Positions 9,471-19,529 of a stretch of 49,450 nucleotides of DNA are shown here, piece after piece. This DNA comes from an uncultured Methanosarcinales archaeon. Lineage in GTDB: Archaea > Nanobdellota > Nanobdellia > Woesearchaeales > DSVV01. The stretch's first letter is position 1. Every line of letters starts with the position of its first letter. A program made the translations under genes and the position numbers. Below the pieces are notes generated by a model, which worked only from the letters and a program-made list of their open reading frames with translations, was not told where the DNA came from and did no database searches. Where the stretch lies: NCBI GenBank assembly GCA_964593285.1, contig CAZQHZ010000010.1, positions 1 through 49,450 on the forward strand, read 5' to 3'.

Positions 9471-9644
9471 TTATTTTTTTAAGACAATTTTACCATAAAA
9501 AGTAGTTTCTATTTTATAATCTTTTAAATTATTTTCTTTAGCATATTTTTCTGCTAATTCTTCTGATTTAAAAGACTTAGGTCTAGTTTTTCTATTTCTT
9601 CCAATAACACCTTTGTGTCTTTTACTATATAAAATTGAACCCAT
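9471..9644 (-). CDS. Small basic hypothetical protein
   Basis: ATG at 9644 (MGSIL...); R/K-rich N-terminus, RPKSFKSEELAEKYA; fills the gap between rbgA and lig. Confidence 0.55.
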   Translation of the reverse strand: MGSILYSKRHKGVIGRNRKTRPKSFKSEELAEKYAKENNLKDYKIETTFYGKIVLKK

Positions 9645-9767
9645 TTTACTTTGTAGATAAAACACTTATATATAAAATTAACTTTTTTAAAAATTTAAAA
9701 AATAAAAAAATATATATAAAAAATTTTAGCAAAAGCTTTTTATACACAAAATTTAACTTAAATTATA

Positions 9768-11564
9768 ATGGAATATATTAAATTAGTTGAAACTTATGAA
9801 AAAATACAAAATACTAGCAAACGACTTGAAAAAATACATATAATTAGCGAATTTATTAAACAAATTGTTTTAAAAAATAATATCGACAATAAAAAAGAAT
9901 TAGAAATAATAATAAATTTACTTCAAGGGAAAATATTTCAACCATGGCAAAAAGAAAAAATTGGTGTTTCCACAAAAACAGTAATTAAAGCAATTGCTAC
10001 TTCTTTTGGAATTAGAATTACTACTATTGAAAATTTATGGAGAACTAAGGGAGATCTTGGAATTGTTGCTGAAGAATTAAATAATAAAAAAAAACAATCA
10101 ACATTATTTAAAATAAATTTAGATATTTTTAAAATATATAATAATCTAAAAAAACTTGCATCAATTGAGGGAATTGGCACTTTCTTAGAAAAAAATAATT
10201 TAATTAATGAACTATTAACTAGTTCTACACCAAAAGAATCTAAATATATCGTTAGAACAATTCTTGAAGATTTAAGGGTTGGTGTTGGTGAAGGAATTTT
10301 GCGAGACAGTATTCTTTGGGCTTTTTTTGGAGATGAATTAAAGATAAAATATGATGATGAAAAAAACATAATAGTTTTTGATGATAATAATCGAGAAAAA
10401 TATGACGAATATTCAAAATTAATACAAAAAGCATACAATATTACAAATGATTTTTCAAAAATTATAAAAATTATAAAACAAGATAAAATTGATGGGATAA
10501 AAAAAGTATCAATCGAACTTGGTAAACCCATTAAATCAATGTTATTTCAAAAAGCAAAAGATATTAAAGATGGTTTTAAAATTGTTGGAAAACCTGCAGC
10601 TTTTGAATATAAATATGATGGTTTTAGAATACAAATACACTATAATGATGGAGAAATAATTCTTTTTTCACGAAATTTAGAAAATATAACAAAACAATTT
10701 CCTGATGTAGTTAGATATGTAAAAGAATCAATTACTACAAAAAATGCAATTTTAGATGCAGAAATTGTTGGAATTAATTTAAAAAATAATCAATATATGC
10801 CTTTTCAAAGTATTTCACAAAGAATAAAAAGAAAAAATAATATTGATGAGATGGCAAAAAAATTTCCTGTTGAAATAAATGTTTTTGATATTATGTTTTG
10901 TGATGATAAAATATTACTTGATGAACCATTTAGCATTAGACGTAAATATTTATCAAAAGTAATTGAGCCAAAAATTAGAAAAATTGTTTTATCAAGAATT
11001 ATTATTACTGATAATGAAGAAGAAGCAAATAAATTTTATAACGAAGCTTTAGATTTAGGTGAAGAAGGAGTTATGATTAAAAATTTAAATGCAGTTTATG
11101 AACCAGGTTCAAGGGTTGGCTATGGTGTTAAATTAAAACCTATAATGGATTCACTTGATTTAGTTATTGTTGAAGCTGAATGGGGGGAAGGGAAACGAAC
11201 AAATTCTTTAACTAGCTTTACTTTAGCTTGCATAAATGAAAATAATGAATTATTAAAAATAGGTAAGGTTTCAACAGGATTAAAAGAACTTGAAAGTGAA
11301 GGTGTAACATATTCTAAAATGACAGAAATTTTAAAACCTTTAATTTTAAATGAAAAAGGAAGAGTAGTTATTTTAAAACCAAAAATTGTAATTGAAGTAT
11401 CTTTTGAAGAAATTCAAAAATCAACAAATTATGAAAGTGGTTATGCTCTACGATTTCCAAGGTTTATTAGGCTTAGGGAAGATAAAGGAATTGATAATGT
11501 AAATAATTTAAATTCTATAAAAGAAAATTATTTTTCTCAACGAAATAGAAATACAAATAATTAA
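9768..11564 (+). CDS. lig: ATP-dependent DNA ligase
   Basis: EYKYDGFR, LDAE, EGVMIK, KLKP, LRFPRF; DBD + adenylation + OB domains. Confidence 0.96.
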   Translation: MEYIKLVETYEKIQNTSKRLEKIHIISEFIKQIVLKNNIDNKKELEIIINLLQGKIFQPWQKEKIGVSTKTVIKAIATSFGIRITTIENLWRTKGDLGIVAEELNNKKKQSTLFKINLDIFKIYNNLKKLASIEGIGTFLEKNNLINELLTSSTPKESKYIVRTILEDLRVGVGEGILRDSILWAFFGDELKIKYDDEKNIIVFDDNNREKYDEYSKLIQKAYNITNDFSKIIKIIKQDKIDGIKKVSIELGKPIKSMLFQKAKDIKDGFKIVGKPAAFEYKYDGFRIQIHYNDGEIILFSRNLENITKQFPDVVRYVKESITTKNAILDAEIVGINLKNNQYMPFQSISQRIKRKNNIDEMAKKFPVEINVFDIMFCDDKILLDEPFSIRRKYLSKVIEPKIRKIVLSRIIITDNEEEANKFYNEALDLGEEGVMIKNLNAVYEPGSRVGYGVKLKPIMDSLDLVIVEAEWGEGKRTNSLTSFTLACINENNELLKIGKVSTGLKELESEGVTYSKMTEILKPLILNEKGRVVILKPKIVIEVSFEEIQKSTNYESGYALRFPRFIRLREDKGIDNVNNLNSIKENYFSQRNRNTNN

Positions 11565-11613
11565 AAATATTAAAAACAATATATTTAAATAAAATTTAAT
11601 TTTTAATAAAACA

Positions 11614-12537
11614 ATGAAACAAAAAGTTTTTTTTTCAAAACCAAATTATCCATTAATTTCTTCATTAGATAAACAAATGGTTGATATGCATTTTCATACA
11701 CAATTTTCAGACACTAATATAAAAATAAAAGATGTTATAAAAAAAGCAAAAAAATTAGGTATTGGTGTTGCTATAACTGACCATAACGAGATAGAAGGTT
11801 CAATTGAAGCTTTTAACAATAAAGAAGGGGTAATGGTAATTCCTGGAATTGAAGTTTCATGTATTGAAGGACCTCATATTTTATTGTATTTTTATTCAAT
11901 TGATGAATTAAAAGATTTTTTTGAAAATTATCTTAAAAGAAAAAAAAATAAAAATCCGTATATGGCTACAAAAACTACTGTTAGTGAACTTTTAGATGAA
12001 TGCGAAAAATATAATTGTGTTAAAGTTGCAGCACATCCATTTGGATATTCTATTTCAAATTCAGGTCTTTGTAAATGTATAAAAAAAGCATATGTTAATC
12101 AAAATATAATGGATAAAATAACAGGTCTAGAAGTAGTTAATGGTGCAATGAATAGACATTTAAATAATAAAGCTATAAGATTTAGTAATATGACTAATAA
12201 AGTAATAACAGGTGGAAGTGATGGGCATTGTTTATTTCAATTAGGTCAAACTGTTACTGTTACTAAAGCTAAAAATCATATAGAATTTTTAGATAATTTA
12301 CAAAAAAATAAAAATATAGTTATCGGAAAAGAAACAAAAGCAATACCAAAAATATTACCTTTTTCAAAATCATTAAAGGCTCATTTAGGTTATGCTGTCC
12401 CTTCTGTTAAAATACAATCTATATTATTGTACAATCGTGCAAAACATTTTAAGACAGTGGTTGTTGAAAAAATTAATAATAAAATTCATAAAAAATCTAA
12501 AATAAAAAAAGAAACAAAAATAAAAAAATTAGATTAA
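11614..12537 (+). CDS. PHP-domain metallophosphoesterase
   Basis: DMHFHT..SD, ITDHN, GIEVS..GPH, AHP, GGSDGH. Confidence 0.85.
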   Translation: MKQKVFFSKPNYPLISSLDKQMVDMHFHTQFSDTNIKIKDVIKKAKKLGIGVAITDHNEIEGSIEAFNNKEGVMVIPGIEVSCIEGPHILLYFYSIDELKDFFENYLKRKKNKNPYMATKTTVSELLDECEKYNCVKVAAHPFGYSISNSGLCKCIKKAYVNQNIMDKITGLEVVNGAMNRHLNNKAIRFSNMTNKVITGGSDGHCLFQLGQTVTVTKAKNHIEFLDNLQKNKNIVIGKETKAIPKILPFSKSLKAHLGYAVPSVKIQSILLYNRAKHFKTVVVEKINNKIHKKSKIKKETKIKKLD

Positions 12538-12571
12538 ATATATAAATATTTTAATTTTCTATCAATTTATT

Positions 12572-12645
12572 GCCCCTATAGTGTAGCATGGATATCACGT
12601 GAGGTTGCGGACCTTATAACCAGGGTTCAAATCCCTGTAGGGGCG
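12572..12645 (+). tRNA. tRNA-Arg(GCG)
   Basis: Acceptor GCCCCTA/TAGGGGC; anticodon arm TGAGG-TTGCGGA-CCTTA; T-loop GGTTCAAATCC; no encoded CCA, no intron. Confidence 0.93.
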
Positions 12646-12939
12646 TTATTAAAAATGTTATTTTTAAAATATTTTTCTTTTTTTTAACAAACCATTCTTA
12701 TATGATTTAAATAAAATAATAAACATCTATATTTTTTTACTAAATTAAAATTAAAAAATAATTGATTTTAAAAAGATGATAACAATTTGTATTTTTATTA
12801 ATAAAAAATTAAAAAATTTACATTAAAATTAAATTTCTTTTAAATTAAATAAAAGTAATATAAAAATAATTTATTTTTATTGTAAATAAATTAATTAATT
12901 AACACAAAAAATAAAAATAGATATAATATACAAAAATAC

Positions 12940-13311
12940 ATGGCAACATTAATTACGTGCTTATCAACTGGCAAAGGAACTTGGATAAAAGTTATGGATT
13001 TAATTAATTTGCAAGATTGGGATAATATATTTATTATTTGTAATCAATTTGCAAAAGAAAAATTTAAAGTAGCAAAAAAAGCAGAATTTATTGTAATTAA
13101 TGAAGATGATGAAATAAATAAAATTTCTAATACAATAAAAGATGCATTAAATAAAAAAATTGATGATTTTGAAATTGCATTAAATATTGATTCTGGGAGT
13201 GGTAAGGAACATATGGCATTAATTAGTTCTATATTAAAACTTGGATTATCTTTAAGATTTGTTTGTGTTGAAAAAGGTAAATTAATTGAAATTACACCTT
13301 ATGAAAAATAA
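12940..13311 (+). CDS. Hypothetical protein, CARF-like Rossmann domain
   Basis: beta1 LITCLSTG; beta4-alpha IALNIDSGSGKEHMAL; terminal beta-hairpin. Confidence 0.45.
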   Translation: MATLITCLSTGKGTWIKVMDLINLQDWDNIFIICNQFAKEKFKVAKKAEFIVINEDDEINKISNTIKDALNKKIDDFEIALNIDSGSGKEHMALISSILKLGLSLRFVCVEKGKLIEITPYEK

Positions 13312-13905
13312 TTATTTTCGAGAAATACAAACCCAATATCCTGATTTTTTTGCTAATACATCTATATTATTGAAAACTTCATTCATTTTATCAAATATTG
13401 TATTTCCACCTTTATTTTTACGAACAACAATTTGTAAACTTCCATTATTATTTAAATAATTATATGATTCTTCAATCATTTTTAAACAAACGTCTTTACC
13501 TGCAGATTGTGGTGGATTTAATAAAATGAAATCAAATTTTTCATTTATATTTAAAAAACAATCACTTTGTATTGCTTTTATATTTTCAAGATTATTTAAT
13601 TTAATATTTTGTTTTGAAATAGCAATTGCTCTTTTGTTTACATCACTCATAACTACATTGCAATTTTTAAAAGAATTTGCAATGCTTATTCCAACAATTC
13701 CGCACCCACAGCCTAAATCTAAAACTTTTTTAAAATCTTCAATAATGCAATTGTTAAGTAAAATTATTGTGCCTCTATCAACCCTTCCAACAGAAAAAAT
13801 ACCTGATGCTGTAATTAATTTAAAATTTTTATCAAAAAAAGAAACATTAATTTGTGTTTTAACTAATTTAGATTTTTGATCTTTATTATAATAGTGTTCA
13901 ACCAT
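13312..13905 (-). CDS. RsmC/MTS-family SAM-dependent methyltransferase
   Basis: EHYY, GIFS..RVDRGT, LDLGCGCG, LNPP. Confidence 0.87.
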   Translation of the reverse strand: MVEHYYNKDQKSKLVKTQINVSFFDKNFKLITASGIFSVGRVDRGTIILLNNCIIEDFKKVLDLGCGCGIVGISIANSFKNCNVVMSDVNKRAIAISKQNIKLNNLENIKAIQSDCFLNINEKFDFILLNPPQSAGKDVCLKMIEESYNYLNNNGSLQIVVRKNKGGNTIFDKMNEVFNNIDVLAKKSGYWVCISRK

Positions 13906-13911
13906 TCTTTT

Positions 13912-14604
13912 TTAATCCATAATACCATACATTCCATATAAAAATCTATCTGCAACCATTAATAAATCTTCACCAATTCCAGAAAGAATAGCACAATTAT
14001 CAATAATCTCAATCCCTTTTTTTTCATTTGTTCTATTAAAAAAAATTACAGCAGAATCAGTATTATCACAATTGATTACACTAATATTATTATTATTTTG
14101 TGTAATTTCATGTTCCATTATAAATGCAGCCGAAAAATTTTTACCAAAGTGAAGTCTTAAATTTGTTGTAACTTCTTGTATGGATAATGTAACATATGCA
14201 TCATGATTTTCATCCCTTGGGTCAGATGTAATATAAAAAAATTCGTGCTTATCAATAAAAGCTTTTACATCACCAATAACATTAATATCTTCTAATTGTT
14301 TTGGGCCATAATTTAACTTAATTAAAAAAAGATTGTTATTTATTAATTTTTGAGTATTCCAAACAGTATTATTATAAAAAAATTCATAGCCATTATATGT
14401 ATATGTTTTATTATTTGCATCATTATTACTAAAAACAAAAGAAAATAAAAATGTAACTAAAATAAATATTAAAATTAATAAAATTATAAAAATTATCCCT
14501 CGTTTTTGTGTTTTATTTTGTTCTTTTATTTCTTTTTCTGATAATTTTTTATTTGCCAAAGGACAAGCTTTTGGTTTTGATAATTTTTCTTTAATTTCAT
14601 CCAT
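13912..14604 (-). CDS. Membrane-anchored hypothetical protein (paralog of 14607..15221)
   Basis: N-terminal TM, YNGYEF, INC...VIFF...NCAIL, RFLYGMYG. Confidence 0.7.
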   Translation of the reverse strand: MDEIKEKLSKPKACPLANKKLSEKEIKEQNKTQKRGIIFIILLILIFILVTFLFSFVFSNNDANNKTYTYNGYEFFYNNTVWNTQKLINNNLFLIKLNYGPKQLEDINVIGDVKAFIDKHEFFYITSDPRDENHDAYVTLSIQEVTTNLRLHFGKNFSAAFIMEHEITQNNNNISVINCDNTDSAVIFFNRTNEKKGIEIIDNCAILSGIGEDLLMVADRFLYGMYGIMD

Positions 14605-14606
14605 TT

Positions 14607-15221
14607 TTATTCAATTACACCAACCATTCCATAAAACAATCTTTCTTTTAAAATTATTAAATCTCTAGCTTGATTAGCTGTTGCTGTAATACAATTATTT
14701 TCATAATTAAATTTTGTTTCATTACCTGTTTTAAAAATAACTACTGGAGTTGTATTTGTTGCATTATTACAATCAATTACTGGGTTTTTGTAAATTGTTG
14801 AATTTTTTAAAATCCCACTTAAAACATCTTTATTAAAATATTCTTTCATTTCTTTTTCAAATTCTAATCGTATTAATTCAACATATTCAATAAATTGATC
14901 TTCTGGATTAAATGAAAAAAAGACATAATTTGTTTCATTAAGTGAATTAATAGCTTCATTTGAAATATTAATATGATCAAGTGCTGATGGAAATAATCTA
15001 AATAATAAATCTTGATTATTATATTTTAATTTCCAAAATTCACCCATATCATGTAATTTATGATCATTATATTCAACTGTTCTATTATCACCATTATTAC
15101 CCATTAAAACAAAAGCAACAGTGCTAAAAAGTAATATTGCAAGCATAAAAAAGCCTAAAATTGCTGGTTTGTTTAATTTTTTTGATTTTATTCTTCTTCT
15201 TTTAGCCAATTTTATATTCAC
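14607..15221 (-). CDS. Membrane-anchored hypothetical protein (paralog of 13912..14604)
   Basis: N-terminal TM, IDC...PVVIF...NCITA, RLFYGMVG. Confidence 0.7.
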   Translation of the reverse strand: MNIKLAKRRRIKSKKLNKPAILGFFMLAILLFSTVAFVLMGNNGDNRTVEYNDHKLHDMGEFWKLKYNNQDLLFRLFPSALDHINISNEAINSLNETNYVFFSFNPEDQFIEYVELIRLEFEKEMKEYFNKDVLSGILKNSTIYKNPVIDCNNATNTTPVVIFKTGNETKFNYENNCITATANQARDLIILKERLFYGMVGVIE

Positions 15222-15302
15222 CTATAAATAAAAAAGATTTTAAATTTATTAAAAATATAAACTATTTATATATTTTTTCCATACTTAAACAAAAATAGAG
15301 TA

Positions 15303-16574
15303 TTAATTATCCAAATCTGATTTTTTAACTTCATTGCAAGATAATTTTAAAAATGAATCTTCAATATGATCACAAACAACATATTCTTTTTCATATAATA
15401 CAAAATACATCAAGCATCTATTTTTACTTTCTCTTGTTTCAATTTCAAAACATATATTATAATCATTGACATTTCCTGTTGCTAAATTAAAAAAACATTC
15501 TTCTTTATTTCTTTTTGTAGTTGTTTGATTGCATAATTTTAAACCTTCATTTATTTTATCTTCTGTTAAATCTTTTACTAAATTTTTAATTTCAAAATCA
15601 CTTATCCATTCATCATCACTTTCATTTTTTTTTAATTCAGGACATTCCCTGCAAGGTCCTCCACAATCAATCTCTTCTTCACAAATAATATTTTTTGAAG
15701 AATCAACATGACAGTTTTTTATATTATCATAACATGTTGCGATTCTACATCTTTCTTGATAACAAAAATGAGTTTTACAATCTTCATCAACTAAGCAACT
15801 TTGTCCTTCAAGGCAAAGTCTATTACAATCACCACCACAGTTATTATCAGTACCAATACAATCATCAATTGTCTCATTTATTGTTTGATTTATTGTATCT
15901 TTGGTTGTTTCATTTGTCTTAGTTATATTAGACTCATTATTTTGAGAAATATTATTATTATTATTATTATTATCAAGATAAAAAGAATCAAATGAAGATT
16001 TTTCTTCATCTAGATAACTTAAAGTACTAATAATGTAATAATCACCTTTTTTTAGATTATTAGGCAATATTAAATATGATTCTTTATCATAAAATTCACT
16101 AATGGATATTGATTCATCCCATTGTTTTATAATATCTGCAGGATCAGAACCTCTTAAAATATAATCAATTTTAAAATTTATTTCATCATTTGTATTCGTT
16201 GTAATTTTATTAAAATAAACAACTTCATTTTGATCATTAATTATTTTTTCATTTATATACATATCATATTCTACTTCAAGTTCATAATTTTCATTATTAA
16301 ATAATAATATTAATAGAAAAATGATAAAAATTGGAATAAAAATCAATAGGAATTTTAAAATTACTTTATTTGCAGCAGTATTATGGTTTATATTATTTAT
16401 TTTAGAATTAATTTCATTTTGATTATTTGTTAAATAGTATTTGGCTTCATTTAATGCTTCTAAAACCATATTTTTTGGATAATTTAAATTAATTAGATAT
16501 TGTGCTGTATTTTGAAGCGAATTGCCTTTTTTATATTGTTCAATAAAATAATATATTAACTGTTTTTTTTCCAC
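15303..16574 (-). CDS. Single-pass membrane surface protein with Cys-rich repeats and an Asn/Thr-rich linker
   Basis: GTG start; TM near aa 72-92; N-x-T/S-rich linker; CGGDC, CYDNIKN..DCGGPC modules; helical Cys repeats at the C-terminus. Confidence 0.7.
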   Translation of the reverse strand: MEKKQLIYYFIEQYKKGNSLQNTAQYLINLNYPKNMVLEALNEAKYYLTNNQNEINSKINNINHNTAANKVILKFLLIFIPIFIIFLLILLFNNENYELEVEYDMYINEKIINDQNEVVYFNKITTNTNDEINFKIDYILRGSDPADIIKQWDESISISEFYDKESYLILPNNLKKGDYYIISTLSYLDEEKSSFDSFYLDNNNNNNNISQNNESNITKTNETTKDTINQTINETIDDCIGTDNNCGGDCNRLCLEGQSCLVDEDCKTHFCYQERCRIATCYDNIKNCHVDSSKNIICEEEIDCGGPCRECPELKKNESDDEWISDFEIKNLVKDLTEDKINEGLKLCNQTTTKRNKEECFFNLATGNVNDYNICFEIETRESKNRCLMYFVLYEKEYVVCDHIEDSFLKLSCNEVKKSDLDN

Positions 16575-16655
16575 TATATAAAACTACATATCTATTTTAT
16601 TTAAATATTTTTATAATTAATCAATTAAATTTTTTTTAAAATTTTAAAATTATAG

Positions 16656-16934
16656 TTATTTTTTAAATTTTTGATATAATTTTAAATAATCTTCTATATA
16701 ATTTACTATTTCAAAATATTTTTCAGAAAAACATACAACTCTTGAAGTTTTAAATTTTGAATATATAAAATAATCCTTATTTAGTTTTGTTTTTAAATTA
16801 ATTGAATTTAAAAGATCTTCAAGACAATTAATTAAATTTAATTCTTTTTGATTAGTTGTATTAATTGCATTAACCATTAAGATACATTGATATTTGTTTA
16901 TTTTATCAAAATTAAAATGATTATACGATTTCAT
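16656..16934 (-). CDS. Hypothetical protein
   Basis: 92-aa ORF filling the gap; no motif recognised. Confidence 0.35.
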   Translation of the reverse strand: MKSYNHFNFDKINKYQCILMVNAINTTNQKELNLINCLEDLLNSINLKTKLNKDYFIYSKFKTSRVVCFSEKYFEIVNYIEDYLKLYQKFKK

Positions 16935-17027
16935 TTTTTTTTGTAAAACAGAAAATGAAGTATTTATTTAAAATTAACTATTAAAAAATTTAATAAATAT
17001 TAACAAATTAGAAGCTAATATTTATAT

Positions 17028-17744
17028 ATGAAATTTGTTTGCTATAAAAAAATGGATGAAAATAATAAAAATAACGATGATGAAATTATTTTAAACAATG
17101 AAACAATTTTTGAATTTTTACGTAAAGAAAAAAATAGAAATGAACTTCAAAAATTATTTGAAGGTTTTTATGATAAAGTAAATAATTTTATTTTAAAATC
17201 TAAAAATGAACTTAATGTAAAAAAAAGAGATGTTACAGAATTTACTGATGATAATTTAAAAAAAAGCGAATTAAAACTTGAAAGTTTTATTAAAATAGCA
17301 AAAGATCTTTATGATATAAGAGAGAAAAAAATTGTTACAATGGCGTTGATTAAATCAAGAACAAATGCGAAATTAATTGATGTTATTAATTTAGAATCAT
17401 TTGAAAAAGAATTATTTGATAACTTAATTAATATGTTAGATATTTATAAAAATAAAACATTGAATTTTTTAAATAAAAACCAAACAGCAGAATTTAATTT
17501 AAAAAATATAGATAAAAAAGAAGAAGAAAATAAAAGTAAAATTGTTAAAGATGATGACAATTTTACAAAAAAAGATGAAAATAAAGAAAACATGAACCTA
17601 AGATTTACAAATTATGTTCCAAAATTTCTTGATAAAGAATTAAATGTATTAGGACCTTTTGAAGAAGACGACATTGCATCATTGCCCTATGAAATAGCAC
17701 AATTACTTTTAAAGAAAGGTAGGGCAGAAAAAATAGACTTTTAA
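17028..17744 (+). CDS. GINS complex subunit, Gins51-type (A then B domain)
   Basis: LRKEK..ELQKL..FY, LYDIREKKIV; C-terminal B domain GPFEEDDIASLP..AQLL..KGRA. Confidence 0.85.
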   Translation: MKFVCYKKMDENNKNNDDEIILNNETIFEFLRKEKNRNELQKLFEGFYDKVNNFILKSKNELNVKKRDVTEFTDDNLKKSELKLESFIKIAKDLYDIREKKIVTMALIKSRTNAKLIDVINLESFEKELFDNLINMLDIYKNKTLNFLNKNQTAEFNLKNIDKKEEENKSKIVKDDDNFTKKDENKENMNLRFTNYVPKFLDKELNVLGPFEEDDIASLPYEIAQLLLKKGRAEKIDF

Positions 17745-17775
17745 ATTTTTTTAAAACTAATTTTTATTTAAAGAT

Positions 17776-17937
17776 TTATTTTTTCCTAACAGGTCTAAGT
17801 GTTTTATAACTACATTTTCTACATTTTATTTTACCAGCTAAAATTCTGATATTTGTAGATTTAATAGTACTTTTACAACGTCTGCATACAAATTTATTCT
17901 TTATTATTCGAGCTTCTGCTTCTGGAAATTTTGCCAT
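17776..17937 (-). CDS. rpl40e: 50S ribosomal protein L40e (absent from the ORF track, 53 aa)
   Basis: Manual translation [53 protein letters not shown]; two CxxC pairs; follows eif5a. Confidence 0.92.
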   Translation of the reverse strand: MAKFPEAEARIIKNKFVCRRCKSTIKSTNIRILAGKIKCRKCSYKTLRPVRKK

Positions 17938-17962
17938 TTTTAATCACATAAATTTTAAATTT

Positions 17963-18358
17963 TTATTGTGGTTTTACTTGTTTCATAACCTTATCGTTTA
18001 AAATAGTCCAATATAAAACAGTAACTCCTTCTTGTACTTCTTCTTTTAATTCTTCTGGTATTTTTAAATCAAAAGTTTCAAAAGTTTCTGAGTCCATAAC
18101 ATTTGCCATGTCATCTTGTATAGTTAAAACTTGAGCGTTTCTTTTATCAATTAATGGAACTTCTATACTATCATGTCCTGGTTTTACAATTTCTCGTTTT
18201 TTGCCATCAATTAAACCAACAGCCTGCATTCTAACTTTTGCATGACCATGTTTACCAGGTCTTGATGTTTGTGTATCTGAAACCTTACATGCAACACCAT
18301 CAATTATAACATATGCTCCTTTTTGAAGTGTACCTATACTTTTTAGTGATATACTCAT
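17963..18358 (-). CDS. eif5a: Translation factor aIF5A
   Basis: Hypusination motif SRPGKHGHAK. Confidence 0.96.
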   Translation of the reverse strand: MSISLKSIGTLQKGAYVIIDGVACKVSDTQTSRPGKHGHAKVRMQAVGLIDGKKREIVKPGHDSIEVPLIDKRNAQVLTIQDDMANVMDSETFETFDLKIPEELKEEVQEGVTVLYWTILNDKVMKQVKPQ

Positions 18359-18642
18359 TTTAATTATTAAAAATTTGTAACTTATTTATATAATTTTTGT
18401 TTTAAAGCATTAAAATTATAAAAATTTGGTTTAATTAAATTTAAAATTTTAGATAAAAATAAAATAAGAATAAAATATATTTTTATTGTACAAATAATAA
18501 TAATAATAATAATTTTTTAGTTAAGTAAAAAACAAAGAAGTTATAATATTAAAACAATTAAAATTAAAATCCGATATATTTATAAATGGAAGTTTATTCT
18601 TGCAGAAATATAACTAAAATAATAAATGATAGATGATTAAAA

Positions 18643-19173
18643 ATGGCAAAAGTAAGAAAATTTTGTGCTTATAGAAGACTTGAAAGACCGTATACTAGAA
18701 AATCTAAATATAGAAAATTATCCTATATTAAAACAAATCCTAATATTAAAATTGTTAAGTTTGAAACAGGAAATTTATCAAGAAAATTTCCAGTAAGGGT
18801 AGATTTAATTTCAAAAGATAATTTACAAATTAGACATAATGCATTTGAATCTGCACGACTTACAAGCAATAGAACTTTAGAAAAAGGACTTGGAAAAAAA
18901 GAATTTAAATTTAAAATAAGGGTTTTTCCACATCATTTTTTAAGAGAAAATCCTTTAGCATCAGGTGCAGGTGCAGATAGAATGAGTACTGGTATGAAGA
19001 TGTCATTTGGGAAGGTAATTGGTAGTGCTGCACAAATTAAAAAAGATCAAATAGTTTTGAGTGTATTTGTTGAAAAAAATAAAATTGCTGTTGCAAGAAA
19101 GGCATTGAAGAAAGCCTCATATAAAATGCCTGCACAATTTTCTTTAAGTGTAACTAATATTATCAATGAATAA
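18643..19173 (+). CDS. rpl10e: 50S ribosomal protein uL16 (L10e)
   Basis: QIRHNAFESAR, FPHHFLREN, GAGADR..TGM..SFGK. Confidence 0.96.
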   Translation: MAKVRKFCAYRRLERPYTRKSKYRKLSYIKTNPNIKIVKFETGNLSRKFPVRVDLISKDNLQIRHNAFESARLTSNRTLEKGLGKKEFKFKIRVFPHHFLRENPLASGAGADRMSTGMKMSFGKVIGSAAQIKKDQIVLSVFVEKNKIAVARKALKKASYKMPAQFSLSVTNIINE

Positions 19174-19260
19174 TTATTTTTTTATTAATTTCTAAAATTT
19201 TAAAATTTATTACAAATAAAACAAAAACCATTTATATTAAATCTTTATATTTATTTAAAA

Positions 19261-19506
19261 ATGGTTGATTTTGATTTTAATGAACTAAAAAAAGAGTTAA
19301 AAAGCAATATTTTAGAATTAAGTTCTGCATTTTTTATAATTTTTATTATGCTTTTTATATTATATTTTAAAACAAATTATTTTATAAGTATTATTGCAAG
19401 TGTTTTAATTTTAGCTATTGGTTTTGAAAAACGAGGAAATAAATTTGATAAAATTGTATCAATGTTTGTAATTTTTTTATTTAGTATAGCTTTTATAATT
19501 ATTTAA
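19261..19506 (+). CDS. Small membrane protein
   Basis: Three hydrophobic segments; TATA-like element about 25 nt upstream. Confidence 0.5.
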   Translation: MVDFDFNELKKELKSNILELSSAFFIIFIMLFILYFKTNYFISIIASVLILAIGFEKRGNKFDKIVSMFVIFLFSIAFIII

Positions 19507-19529
19507 AATTTTTTTGGGGGTAAATTAAA

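Noticed and set aside
9938..10531. 197-aa antisense ORF inside lig
   Set aside because: Codon-mirror of the ligase; F/I/S/L-rich with no recognisable domain.
15529..15995. Three short + strand ORFs opposite the Cys-rich surface gene
   Set aside because: Low-complexity shadows.
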